From IMG/VR virus record IMGVR_UViG_3300045988_095223: 32,195 nucleotides of DNA; one strand, written 5' to 3'. The translations under genes and the position numbers were made by a program. Source of the DNA: a virus. This document shows, in pieces, positions 6,849-16,258 of the stretch. A model generated the notes under the pieces. The model was not told where the DNA came from, searched no databases, and saw nothing but the letters and a program-made list of their open reading frames with translations. Within the stretch, counting starts at the first letter, position 1. Each line of letters opens with the position of its first letter.

Positions 6849-8777
6849 TTATACTATTTCTACCATTTGAGTAATGTTGTAGAATTTACCTATTTCAAAT
6901 GTTGAAGTTATCGTCTGATAAACTGTATTTTCATCGTTGCTTATTATTTGTAAGTTTGTTATTTCTTTTGGTACATATATATCAAAGTCATACATATAAC
7001 TTGTATCGCTGATTTTATCTATTTGTATAGGATTTAATTGTATTATATTGCTTGTGTCATCAGAATAATTGAATTTTAATTTTAATGCTTTAGTATTATC
7101 ATAATCGGTTGTTTCCGATATACTATTATTTAGTCTGCTTGCTCCTATTGGATTAAGTACAGAATTAGTTTCATCATTATCATTTCTTATTTGCAAAGTA
7201 TTAATGAAGTTTATATTTAATGTTTCATAAATATTTTTAACAATAGTCTGATTATTGCTTATCAATATAGAATTAGTTTTACCTAGCAAATCTTCTTTTG
7301 ATATAATATCATCATTTAAATAAGTGTTTGGTATTTCAATTGTGCTTTGTGTTGTTCTTCCGCTTATTGTTTTATTATATAAATTTCTTGCAAATATTGG
7401 TATATTTGAATTGTTATATAATATTCCAGAGTTAGGAACCATACTATCTATATTTTGATAAGGTAGTCCATTATAGTTGCTTTCATTATATATCTCTAGT
7501 GTTGAATATAATTTGTTCCACAACTGGAATTGATAATTATATAAATTAAATTGTTTTGTTACATTGTAAAAAACTATCGGATTAGGAATAGGTTGGTTAA
7601 TATTATCTTTCTCAACTAAATAAACTTGATTATTCGTTATTCTTCCTATATATAAGGTATAAGTAGAGGTGTTTGTAAAACATAACATGAATACACTTAC
7701 ATCGTTTCCTCTTATACTCATACCCAAGCCCCCATAATCTTGTCCCTCTGTATAATTATTTATTATGAATTGATTATTGTATATTTCTACTACGGCATTA
7801 TCTTTTATATTAAATATTTGATATAGAGCGTATAAGTCTGTATTCGGTCCGCTATCTTTTACTTGATGTATGATAGCATAGAAATTATCTTTTTGTTTTA
7901 TTTTTGCTATAGACCTAACAAATGATTCACTATAATCTATAATTTTTATGGAAGTAAGTGAAATATTATCTCCATTTTTATTATATACATTTAGTTTTTC
8001 ATCACTTGCAAAACCTATCATTTGGAAATCAAGATTATTCTGACTATCCCAATTCTGCCATATATCAATTACTGCATAAGAAACACTACTGCTAAAACTA
8101 CTATCACTTTCAAATAATTTCCAATCATTCTCTGTTCCTACATTTATAGTAAGTTCCACTGCAATAGGCAATCTTCCTGTTGATGTTGTATTTGTTCCTC
8201 CAAACAAATAGTTACCACCGCCTATTCTTCTTCGTATGAAATTATAATTATAATTATTTAAATTACTAGGAAATTCATAAGATTTCTTAATTATTAATTT
8301 ATATTCTGTATCGCTAGGCAATTTAACAGTAGGATTGTTTAGTAAAAGAAATCTTAAAGTTCCTACTCCTGCACCATGCCTTTCTATTGCCATTAAATTA
8401 CCAGTTTCATCAACTTCTAAATTCTGTAATCTGTCTATATTTACACCACTTGAATATTTTGTAATTACTTGTATTAAATTAAAACTAACATCTACGATAG
8501 CAATATAACCAGTTAAATCTCTATTTACATCATCAACAACACCATAAATTAATGTTTTATCTAGTCCTTCATCACTTGCATTCCTACTTTGTACTGAGCC
8601 ATATATGTATAATCTATATACTTCATGACCTTGATTTTTTAATTCTGCTTTTAAATTATCAGTAAAGTTATTAGTTGTTTCTTTTATTTCTTCTATAGTA
8701 GGATTGTTTTCTCCAATTTCTATTTCATATTTTCCGCATAAATAGGCTATAATCTTATTCTTAAAATCTTCTGTCAT
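6849..8777 (-). CDS. Large distal tail protein (tail-associated / receptor-binding candidate)
   Basis: 642 aa, directly downstream of the Dit-like gene. N-rich beta-type sequence. Positional inference. Confidence 0.4.
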   Translation of the reverse strand: MTEDFKNKIIAYLCGKYEIEIGENNPTIEEIKETTNNFTDNLKAELKNQGHEVYRLYIYGSVQSRNASDEGLDKTLIYGVVDDVNRDLTGYIAIVDVSFNLIQVITKYSSGVNIDRLQNLEVDETGNLMAIERHGAGVGTLRFLLLNNPTVKLPSDTEYKLIIKKSYEFPSNLNNYNYNFIRRRIGGGNYLFGGTNTTSTGRLPIAVELTINVGTENDWKLFESDSSFSSSVSYAVIDIWQNWDSQNNLDFQMIGFASDEKLNVYNKNGDNISLTSIKIIDYSESFVRSIAKIKQKDNFYAIIHQVKDSGPNTDLYALYQIFNIKDNAVVEIYNNQFIINNYTEGQDYGGLGMSIRGNDVSVFMLCFTNTSTYTLYIGRITNNQVYLVEKDNINQPIPNPIVFYNVTKQFNLYNYQFQLWNKLYSTLEIYNESNYNGLPYQNIDSMVPNSGILYNNSNIPIFARNLYNKTISGRTTQSTIEIPNTYLNDDIISKEDLLGKTNSILISNNQTIVKNIYETLNINFINTLQIRNDNDETNSVLNPIGASRLNNSISETTDYDNTKALKLKFNYSDDTSNIIQLNPIQIDKISDTSYMYDFDIYVPKEITNLQIISNDENTVYQTITSTFEIGKFYNITQMVEIV

Positions 8778-8786
8778 AATTACCTC

Positions 8787-10277
8787 CTAACTTTTAAATG
8801 GAGCATTGAGTGTGCAATTTAAGACATTATCTCCAATAGCAGTAATCTCACTAATAGTCAAATTATTATATATAATATTTGCCGAATTTTCTATATCAAT
8901 ATTTCTTGTTATACTCTCGCCCTCTTGAATATTGCCACTTGCTTTATTCCTTTGATTATCAAACCAATTTATTGCTCTTTCACTATTGAACGAACTAGAT
9001 AATTCATAAGTATAGAATATCTTTTCTTGGTCTGTGGTATTTATTACTTTTATTTCTTTTCTTTTTACCATATAATCTTGTATTAAATCATCAATAGGGG
9101 CTTCAAAGTGTACTATCTGTCCGATGCTGTAAACATCTTTATCATCAATTACTACCTTTAAATTAACTTCTGCACTACCTTTATATTTAATATATGATTG
9201 TCCTACCTTATCAAGTTCTGCACTTGAAAGAACATCATTTCTATTCTCATACCTTGATATTATGCCTTTTCTTCCTGTTTGATTTGCTATTCTGTCTACT
9301 TCATCATTATTATACACTATTTGCCTACCTTTTACAAGAGGTTGATAAACTACTTGTATTTGAGTACCAGCAATATAACTAGCATCAGTTTCAATTTGAT
9401 TTTTTCCTGGTGTATAATAGAAATCTGCTTCTATTCCTATATCTTTATTTGCTTTTGTTGTAAATGTCTTAAAAACACCATTAACACTTATGTTCCGCAT
9501 ATTACCTATATTAGAAGCAGTTAAAAAATTATTGTCATATCCATTAGCAATTAGTATTTCTGTATAATTTATACTAGCATATACTTCATCTGATTGCATT
9601 ATTTGTTTATTTCTATAATCTCTACTTCCATAATTGAAAAAAATATCATTTATATTATTCTCTTCAAACCAAGCAACATTATATTCAATATTCTTTCCTC
9701 TTGCCATTAATGTAGGGTCATAAAAGTCAATAGCAACCTTATCTTCATCAATAAGCCTTGTAAACCATTTAGAGCCTGTTATATCTGCTAAATATTGAAA
9801 TACATCATAGGCAGTTTTATTCTGAGTTGAATAAGCACCAATTATATCATCAGCACCAAATATATTAATATTCCCTAGCACGAAGCCATAATCTTTGATT
9901 GCATCTATTATCATCTCTATTGCTTCTGTTATAGTCTTATTGTTTATAACAAAGTCTAAAGTCTCTCCCTCACTAAGCAAAGTTTTAAAATCTAATATTT
10001 GTAAACTACAAAAGTGAGGATATCTAGGATTAAGACTTATATTACCCGAATTTTTTACTACTCCGCAAAAAACAAGAACATCATCTTTATATATCTTACA
10101 TTTTGAATAATCTTTTGGATAATAAAATCTTGAAGTATAATTTTTATCGTTTTCCCAACTTTTTGGATAGCAATTATTGAGAATGGTAGAGGAAGTAGTA
10201 AGTATTTCCTCTGTTATAGTAAACTCTTTATTGCATACTACTTCTTCATTATTTATTAACATCTTTAATCTACTCAT
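8787..10277 (-). CDS. Distal tail protein (Dit / siphovirus tail family)
   Basis: 496 aa immediately after the tape measure. The N-terminal region resembles phage tail family proteins. Confidence 0.5.
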   Translation of the reverse strand: MSRLKMLINNEEVVCNKEFTITEEILTTSSTILNNCYPKSWENDKNYTSRFYYPKDYSKCKIYKDDVLVFCGVVKNSGNISLNPRYPHFCSLQILDFKTLLSEGETLDFVINNKTITEAIEMIIDAIKDYGFVLGNINIFGADDIIGAYSTQNKTAYDVFQYLADITGSKWFTRLIDEDKVAIDFYDPTLMARGKNIEYNVAWFEENNINDIFFNYGSRDYRNKQIMQSDEVYASINYTEILIANGYDNNFLTASNIGNMRNISVNGVFKTFTTKANKDIGIEADFYYTPGKNQIETDASYIAGTQIQVVYQPLVKGRQIVYNNDEVDRIANQTGRKGIISRYENRNDVLSSAELDKVGQSYIKYKGSAEVNLKVVIDDKDVYSIGQIVHFEAPIDDLIQDYMVKRKEIKVINTTDQEKIFYTYELSSSFNSERAINWFDNQRNKASGNIQEGESITRNIDIENSANIIYNNLTISEITAIGDNVLNCTLNAPFKS

Positions 10278-10279
10278 AT

Positions 10280-11492
10280 TTATGCTCCTCCCATTCCATA
10301 ATTATAATCGTTTTTAGAACCACCACTAAATGTTTTAATATTATTAACCATTTGTCCTAATGGGTCTTGTTCCATATTATTATTTACTACTACATTAACT
10401 TGTGGGCTTAAATTAGTGCTTGAACTTCCATATAGGCTAGGAGATAAACTAAACATATCATCAAACATTCCTCCGACTGTTGAATTAACTTGTCCTTTCA
10501 TATCTTCCATACCTTTTTCTAAACCAACCATATTCATCTTACCTATCCAAGCAAACTCTGTTGATGGACTATGTACTCCAAATATTCCTCTGATTTTTTT
10601 CATTATTGAATTACCTATACCTGCTATCTTGTCAAGTACCCAATCTTTAGCAGACTTAATACCATTCCAAAGACCTTGTATTAAGTTTTTACCGCAATCC
10701 CACATCATTCTAGGCATTCCTTTAAAATATTCAATTACATCAACAACAATTTCTTGTACTCTTGCTAGCAATATTGGAATAGCATTTAATATACCAGCAA
10801 TTAAGCCACCTAATAATTTGAAACCAGCCTCTATGAATAAAGGTAAATTATCAATTAAGATAGGTATAGTGCTAATAATAGCATCTATTATAACTGGTAT
10901 CAATGTAGGTAATTGCTCTGCTAATGCTTGAATTATCATAACTAGCCCTTGAATTAATGAAGTAAGTATAACTGGTAGCATATTTGCCAATTCTTGAATT
11001 ATAGTAGGCAACATACCCATTAATATTTGAATAATACCAGGTAATGCTTGAACTAGCCCCATTATTAATGTTGATGTTCCTTGTATTAGTGCTGGTAATA
11101 CCGCTTGAAGTAAAGGACCAATTAAAGGTATTAAATTATTCAATAAAGTAGTTAAGCCTGTTATTATTTGAGGTGCCATTTTTATTATAGCATTTGATAT
11201 ATTTGTTCCTGCGGTAGTAAAGGTACTTATTACTTCTTCAATTCCACCCGCACCACTTAAGAAATTACTAAATGCTGACTTCGCACTATTTATTGAACCG
11301 CTTATAGTAGTAGAGGCTTCTTTCGCTGTCGTTCCTGTTACATCTAATTCTCCTTGAATTACATGAATAGCATTAAACACATCATTTAAATTAGAAATGT
11401 CGTAATGTACTCCCGATATTTTTTCAGCATCTGATAGTAATCTTTCCATTTCTGTTTTTGTTCCGCCATAGCCAAGTTTCAAATTATCTAAC
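10280..11492 (-). CDS. Tape measure protein exon 2
   Basis: Begins (M)LDNLKLGYGGTKTEMERLLSDAEKISG.., the second half of the conserved TMP motif. It is followed by long hydrophobic/helical repeats (LIPLIGPLLQAVLPALIQG...). Confidence 0.85.
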
Positions 11493-11879
11493 CATTTACA
11501 CCCCTAGTTTCCTAGTACTTTAACACTTATTTAAAAGTGGGATTAGACTATATCTTTATCTCAAACTTCCAATCTTTTTTATTTCCTTTTTTATAATATC
11601 TTCCATATTCAATATTGCAAGTTAGATATTATATATTTGAGATAGTATGCACTTCCAATATCGTATCAATAGATATTGTACTGAGTAACGAACTCATAGT
11701 CGTTTGACCTTCCTATTTCTAGGCTTGGCACTGGATAACCATATCTTTTGGACTTAGGCTTCCCCAGTTAGCAAGATTATCTAAATAAGTCATTTCCTCC
11801 TTATATTTTAATCTCACACCCTTGATAAGGTTCACATACACTTACTTAATTATTACTAATTAAGCAGACATTAATTTTT
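11493..11879 (-). mobile_element. Group I self-splicing intron (387 nt, no full-length ORF) in the tape measure gene
   Basis: Exon 1 ends ..UAU ACG AU| (U) and the intron ends ..GUAAAUG| (G). Splicing yields ACG AUG UUA GAU = T M L D, and 482 + 1213 nt = 1695 nt, in frame. It has the same core strands as the endolysin intron: AACGACUAU (11704..11696) and GAUAUAGUCUAAUC (11554..11541). Confidence 0.85.
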
Positions 11880-12361
11880 ATCGTATAATTCTGCTTAGCG
11901 AAACCTTGATAAGCGTTTTGAATATTCTCAATGGCAGTGCCGAATTTATTTGAGTTGTCAGCCATATCTTGAATAGCCATGTCGCCGACTTTGGCTGCTT
12001 CCGCAGTATCTCCGCCTAGGCTTTGCAACAAACTAGCACTAAATGAAGTTATTTGCTCCATATATTTATTAGCATCTATTCCTGCTGTCATATAAGCCTT
12101 TTTAGAGTTTTCTATAACTGTATCGGCACTATCTTTGAAAAGTGTTTCAACACCACCGATATTCTGCTCTAAATCAGCAACACCTTGCAAGGCATCTTTG
12201 CCAAGCCCTAATAAAGAACTACCTACTTTTTCAATAGCACTAGACATTAAGTTACCAATAGCAACAGTACTCGCTTTCAATTTACCAGCGACACCATTAG
12301 TCTTTTTTTCTAGGTCTTTATCATCTCCTTTAAACTTGAAGATGACTTCTCCTCCATTCAT
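11880..12361 (-). CDS. Tape measure protein exon 1
   Basis: ..NIQNAYQGFAKQNYT is the first half of the conserved TMP motif AYQGFAKQNYTMLDNLKLGYGG. The ORF-track tail IKINVCLISNN is intron read-through. Confidence 0.85.
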
Positions 12362-12377
12362 TTATTCCACCTCCTTA

Positions 12378-12414
12378 TTATAAAATAAAGGGCTGGGCTT
12401 TTAACCCAACCCTT
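12378..12414 (-). terminator. Strong stem-loop / intrinsic terminator between the major tail protein and tape measure genes
   Basis: Minus strand: AAGGGTTGGG-ttaaaag-CCCAGCCCTT (10 bp including one G.U) followed by tattttat. Confidence 0.6.
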
Positions 12415-12420
12415 ATAGGT

Positions 12421-12894
12421 TTATCCTGTTACAACTTCTCCTTTACCAGTTACAACAATAGTCAATGCAAACTCGCCACTATCTTCGGCAGGACCGCCTA
12501 AATCACTAAAGTTCAAAGTGCAAGGTACTTTATATTTAGTATAAGTCAATGCTCCTTCTTGAACTCCTGTTAATAATTCAAATTGTACTAATTGATTATT
12601 AAATTGAGCAACAGTACCATCTTTGATTAAAGTATGTAAATTACCTAATATAGCAGTAATAGCAGCATTATTCATGTCAATTTTAACAGTGGTATCAATA
12701 GATATGGCAGCACCAGTGATTAAACTTCTTTGAATGGCATCGCACCAAACATACCAGTCTTGTTGCTCGAAATCAGTTGTCAAACCAACTTCGGTAGTTG
12801 TACACATAGCAGTAAATGCAGGTACTGCACTAGTACCAGTATTTAAACCTAAGTTTTTGATGACTTCTCTATTATTTACATAAAATTCATTCAT
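12421..12894 (-). CDS. Major tail protein
   Basis: 157 aa, directly upstream of the tape measure, followed by a terminator hairpin. Composition is typical of siphovirus tail tube proteins. Confidence 0.6.
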   Translation of the reverse strand: MNEFYVNNREVIKNLGLNTGTSAVPAFTAMCTTTEVGLTTDFEQQDWYVWCDAIQRSLITGAAISIDTTVKIDMNNAAITAILGNLHTLIKDGTVAQFNNQLVQFELLTGVQEGALTYTKYKVPCTLNFSDLGGPAEDSGEFALTIVVTGKGEVVTG

Positions 12895-12909
12895 ATTTAC
12901 ACTTCCTTT

Positions 12910-13359
12910 CTATAAATCTTTTTCATAAATCTTACTTATAATACATTGTAAGGTTGAATTATACCCAACTCTTCTGATATCCATGTACTCTATTGCTTGT
13001 GGATTAACATATTGAGTAAATATAATTTGCCACCTTTCCAATTTATTAGTTTCTTTATTTTCAACTTCTATTCTTTCCGATTTTCCTATTAGATTACCTA
13101 TTAATAAAGATAATTCTTTACACTCTTTAATTGTAAGTCCATATATGTCAACCATATAATAATTATACATAGGCAATATATCGCCATAGAATACTTGTTT
13201 TTGTCCGCTTTGTTCTTGCACGACTATTACCCTACTATCATTATCATTTGTTGAATATTCGGCTTTTATTTTCCATTTGTCAGTGGTATAGCCACTAACT
13301 ATGTTTTGAAGATATTTAATTAAGATTAATTGTTTCTTTTCTAATAATTCTCTTGTCAT
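12910..13359 (-). CDS. Neck / tail-completion protein
   Basis: Position between the head-tail connectors and the major tail protein. Confidence 0.4.
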   Translation of the reverse strand: MTRELLEKKQLILIKYLQNIVSGYTTDKWKIKAEYSTNDNDSRVIVVQEQSGQKQVFYGDILPMYNYYMVDIYGLTIKECKELSLLIGNLIGKSERIEVENKETNKLERWQIIFTQYVNPQAIEYMDIRRVGYNSTLQCIISKIYEKDL

Positions 13360-13715
13360 TTCAATTCATTCTCCTTTATAGCAATTCCAACGATACTCTT
13401 TTTTTGCTTAGTATATATTTCTTGATACCATTTACCAAAAGTACCAGGTTCAGTCCAATTAGTAGTATTAGGCATAACCCATACATATTTGGCATAGTTA
13501 GTATAAGAACCTATATAATAATCTCCATTACTTCCTCTAACTCCTGCTGCCATTGAGGTTTGTCTCATGTGGACAACTCCTTTTCTTCTTGACATAGGAA
13601 TATGAGGAAATGTTCTATCAAGTGTCTGCCTTGCTATTGCATACATTATCTTATCAGAAGCCTCTAATACTTCCTTTTTCTTTCCTGGATACCAATTTAC
13701 TTTAACATCAGCCAT
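13356..13715 (-). CDS. Neck / head-tail joining protein (minor capsid protein-like)
   Basis: Position only; ATGA overlap with the downstream gene. Confidence 0.4.
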   Translation of the reverse strand: MADVKVNWYPGKKKEVLEASDKIMYAIARQTLDRTFPHIPMSRRKGVVHMRQTSMAAGVRGSNGDYYIGSYTNYAKYVWVMPNTTNWTEPGTFGKWYQEIYTKQKKSIVGIAIKENELK

Positions 13716-14035
13716 TATTTAACCACTATAATCTTATTCTCTACTCTATTAAATATCCAACTATCTTGAACTTTTAACACCGTATGGACTTTATTATCAG
13801 CATATTTGCCTAGATAAATTATTTGGTCTCCTACTTTTACATCAACAAGCCTTCCAACTTGATAATAACCAGTAGCCTCAGGCACTGTATAAATACCGAA
13901 CCTTATAGCACTTTCGCAATCATAAGGGCAACATTTAATTGTGATTTCTTTATAATTAGTATCATCAAACACTTCATCATTTTCATCACGATTAAATTGC
14001 CTTAATGTTGCTTTCATACCATTTACTAGAAACAT
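13715..14035 (-). CDS. Head closure / head-tail joining protein (106 aa from MFLVNG..)
   Basis: The ATG at 14035 sits 1 nt after the upstream TAA. The ORF-track N-terminal extension to 14116 overlaps the upstream gene by 80 nt and is unlikely to be real. Confidence 0.4.
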   Translation of the reverse strand: MFLVNGMKATLRQFNRDENDEVFDDTNYKEITIKCCPYDCESAIRFGIYTVPEATGYYQVGRLVDVKVGDQIIYLGKYADNKVHTVLKVQDSWIFNRVENKIIVVK

Positions 14036-14036
14036 T

Positions 14037-14417
14037 TTATTCGCCTCCAAATGGTATAGTAAGAGCCATATTGCTAGACATTGGTGTACCTCTATATAGA
14101 TATCCATTATTAGCAAGTATTCTTAGCGCTAAAGTAGAATAATCAGTCTTTAAAGGGGAACTCATTGTTCCTGCTTTTATATCTTTATCAAAATCAACAA
14201 ATGGAATATCGTGTTCTAATACGAACCTCATTTGTTCCATAGAAGCATTTTTAATAGGCAAAGGGACACTAATTGCATTCCAACTAGCATCCCTATATCT
14301 TAAGCCTATTTGTGAGAAAATTACCTCACATACTGCTTCTATCTGCCAAGTTGAAATATCAGCATTTGAGTATTCGGGATATTTATTCTCGAACTCCTCT
14401 TTTGTGAAAAACTGCAT
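14037..14417 (-). CDS. Head-tail adaptor (connector) protein
   Basis: First gene after the capsid gene; size and position typical of gp6-like adaptors. Confidence 0.45.
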   Translation of the reverse strand: MQFFTKEEFENKYPEYSNADISTWQIEAVCEVIFSQIGLRYRDASWNAISVPLPIKNASMEQMRFVLEHDIPFVDFDKDIKAGTMSSPLKTDYSTLALRILANNGYLYRGTPMSSNMALTIPFGGE

Positions 14418-14436
14418 TTTCCCACCTCATTTCTAT

Positions 14437-15591
14437 TTAGGCAATTACTATATCGCCACTAAAGGCATCAGAGTAGTTACCATATTTATCAATACCATAC
14501 ACAGAAACATGATAATTTCCTGCTTCAATAGGTGTACCTGTGATAGCACCAGTTGTAGGGTTAAGTGTTAATCCTGCTGGTAAACCACCTGCTTCAAACT
14601 TCTCAACATCAGTTCCACTAAATGGAGTAGTTTGAGTATATTCTTGTGCATGAGTTCCTGCATCGAATGAACCTGCAGATACGATAGGTAGAGTTTCAAC
14701 CAATTTAATTACTGCTTCAGGTCTTACTACTTTTGCTCCGAACATAACATTTCCCTCAACAACGAAGTATCCTGGGTATCCAGGGAAGTTACCATTGTAT
14801 TGAGCAAATGAACTCCAGAATGTATCACCAACTGTACCAACTTCATTAGCGAAGTATCCAACTACATTTGTATCTTTACCTTCTTTATCTTTTTCTATTA
14901 CATTACTATTGATTTGGAATACACTAACACCATAAGCATTAGCAACTTGTCCCATATCAACACCTTCAACACCTGCTCTTGTTTCATATTTAAGAATTGA
15001 TGTTAAACTTGATACAAAGTAAGCATAAGCATTTGAACTTAGTCCTAATAGATATCCATCATAGATGTTTCTATCGAATAATTTAGATTTTAAATCATTA
15101 ATTAATTCAATAGTTTCAGTTCCAGTTGATGGAGCCCATTTAGTACATTGACCATCTGTATAAGCCATTGAACCATCTTGAGGTCCTGTAATATCAGCAT
15201 TTAATTTATTAAAGCCATATACATCGATTTGTCTAGAGATTTGAGCCTCTTTTAATTCGATTTGCCCTTCGATTGCTCTTTCAATACCACTACCCATCAC
15301 TATTGGACTTACTCTAAATGAATAATCCATAGGTAATTCAGTTAAGTCAACTTTTACTGAATTGTAAGTAGCAAGTTCATTTGTAATTCCTCCTTGTGCG
15401 ATTTCTACATTATTTCTTACATTTAATGCAGTGTCTAATTGCTTAACAATCTCAATAATTGGAGTGCCAGTTCTTCCAACTTCAAACCATCTTCTGTCTA
15501 GCATTTTATAGAATTGAGAATTGTAAAGTAAATTAGCATAAGTTCTTTTCATTAAACCTTGTAGGTCTAAATTTACTCCTGTAAAATTCAT
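14437..15591 (-). CDS. Major capsid protein with a C-terminal Ig-like (He_PIG / cadherin-like) domain
   Basis: 384 aa following the scaffold gene. The C-terminal GGLPAGLTLNPTTGAITGTPIEAGNYHVSVYGIDKYGN is the classic putative-Ig motif. Confidence 0.7.
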   Translation of the reverse strand: MNFTGVNLDLQGLMKRTYANLLYNSQFYKMLDRRWFEVGRTGTPIIEIVKQLDTALNVRNNVEIAQGGITNELATYNSVKVDLTELPMDYSFRVSPIVMGSGIERAIEGQIELKEAQISRQIDVYGFNKLNADITGPQDGSMAYTDGQCTKWAPSTGTETIELINDLKSKLFDRNIYDGYLLGLSSNAYAYFVSSLTSILKYETRAGVEGVDMGQVANAYGVSVFQINSNVIEKDKEGKDTNVVGYFANEVGTVGDTFWSSFAQYNGNFPGYPGYFVVEGNVMFGAKVVRPEAVIKLVETLPIVSAGSFDAGTHAQEYTQTTPFSGTDVEKFEAGGLPAGLTLNPTTGAITGTPIEAGNYHVSVYGIDKYGNYSDAFSGDIVIA

Positions 15592-15631
15592 AATTTCTTC
15601 CTCCTTTTCTTTCCTCTATATTTAACTAAAA

Positions 15632-16189
15632 TTACTTAGTTACAGGTATCATTAAATCTTTAATACTAGTACCTCTTGTTATCTTTATATCTTTACCAGT
15701 ATTAGCATTGTTTCCATTTACTCCGCCCTCATTAGGTGCTTGTGTAAATGGTATGTTGTTTTTCTTTTCTGCTTCTGGGAAATATGTATTTTTAAATCTA
15801 GTTACTATTCCTTCAATTGCCTTATCATCATCTTTTTCATCAGCATAAAGACTATTTCTTAACTTAACTACTTCATCAAAATTTTCCTCTTTAAATCCTT
15901 TTTTAACAAGTTTATTCTCTAGACTTAATCTAGTCATCTTATCATTTGTTTCACTTAAAGTTTTAACAGTATTATTGTAGTTAGTTTCTAGGCTTGTATA
16001 GTCTCCTTGAAGTTTAGTATAATCTTCTTTCTTTACATATCCTGAATAATCAGCCTTAGGAATATCGCTATTCTTTGTATAGCCTTTATAAAGGTCTTTT
16101 TCCATAGCAGAAACATCTAGGTCATCATTACTTATAGTAATATCTTTATTTTTTAGATATTTAGTAATATCAAAATTCATATTTATCAT
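15632..16189 (-). CDS. Scaffolding protein
   Basis: Acidic, helical 185-aa protein between the minor head protein and the capsid gene. Confidence 0.6.
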   Translation of the reverse strand: MINMNFDITKYLKNKDITISNDDLDVSAMEKDLYKGYTKNSDIPKADYSGYVKKEDYTKLQGDYTSLETNYNNTVKTLSETNDKMTRLSLENKLVKKGFKEENFDEVVKLRNSLYADEKDDDKAIEGIVTRFKNTYFPEAEKKNNIPFTQAPNEGGVNGNNANTGKDIKITRGTSIKDLMIPVTK

Positions 16190-16258
16190 TCTCCTTTTTT
16201 AGAAGTGATAAAAGTGTGTCGCGACTGCTAATCTTTTATAGACTTAATAGCAATTGGT

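Noticed and set aside
13715-14116. An 80-nt overlap between ORFs 13715..14116 and 14037..14417, as a possible frameshift or overprinted gene.
   Set aside because: An internal ATG at 14035 sits 1 nt after the upstream stop and gives a compact 106-aa protein. The upstream extension is probably an ORF-calling artefact.
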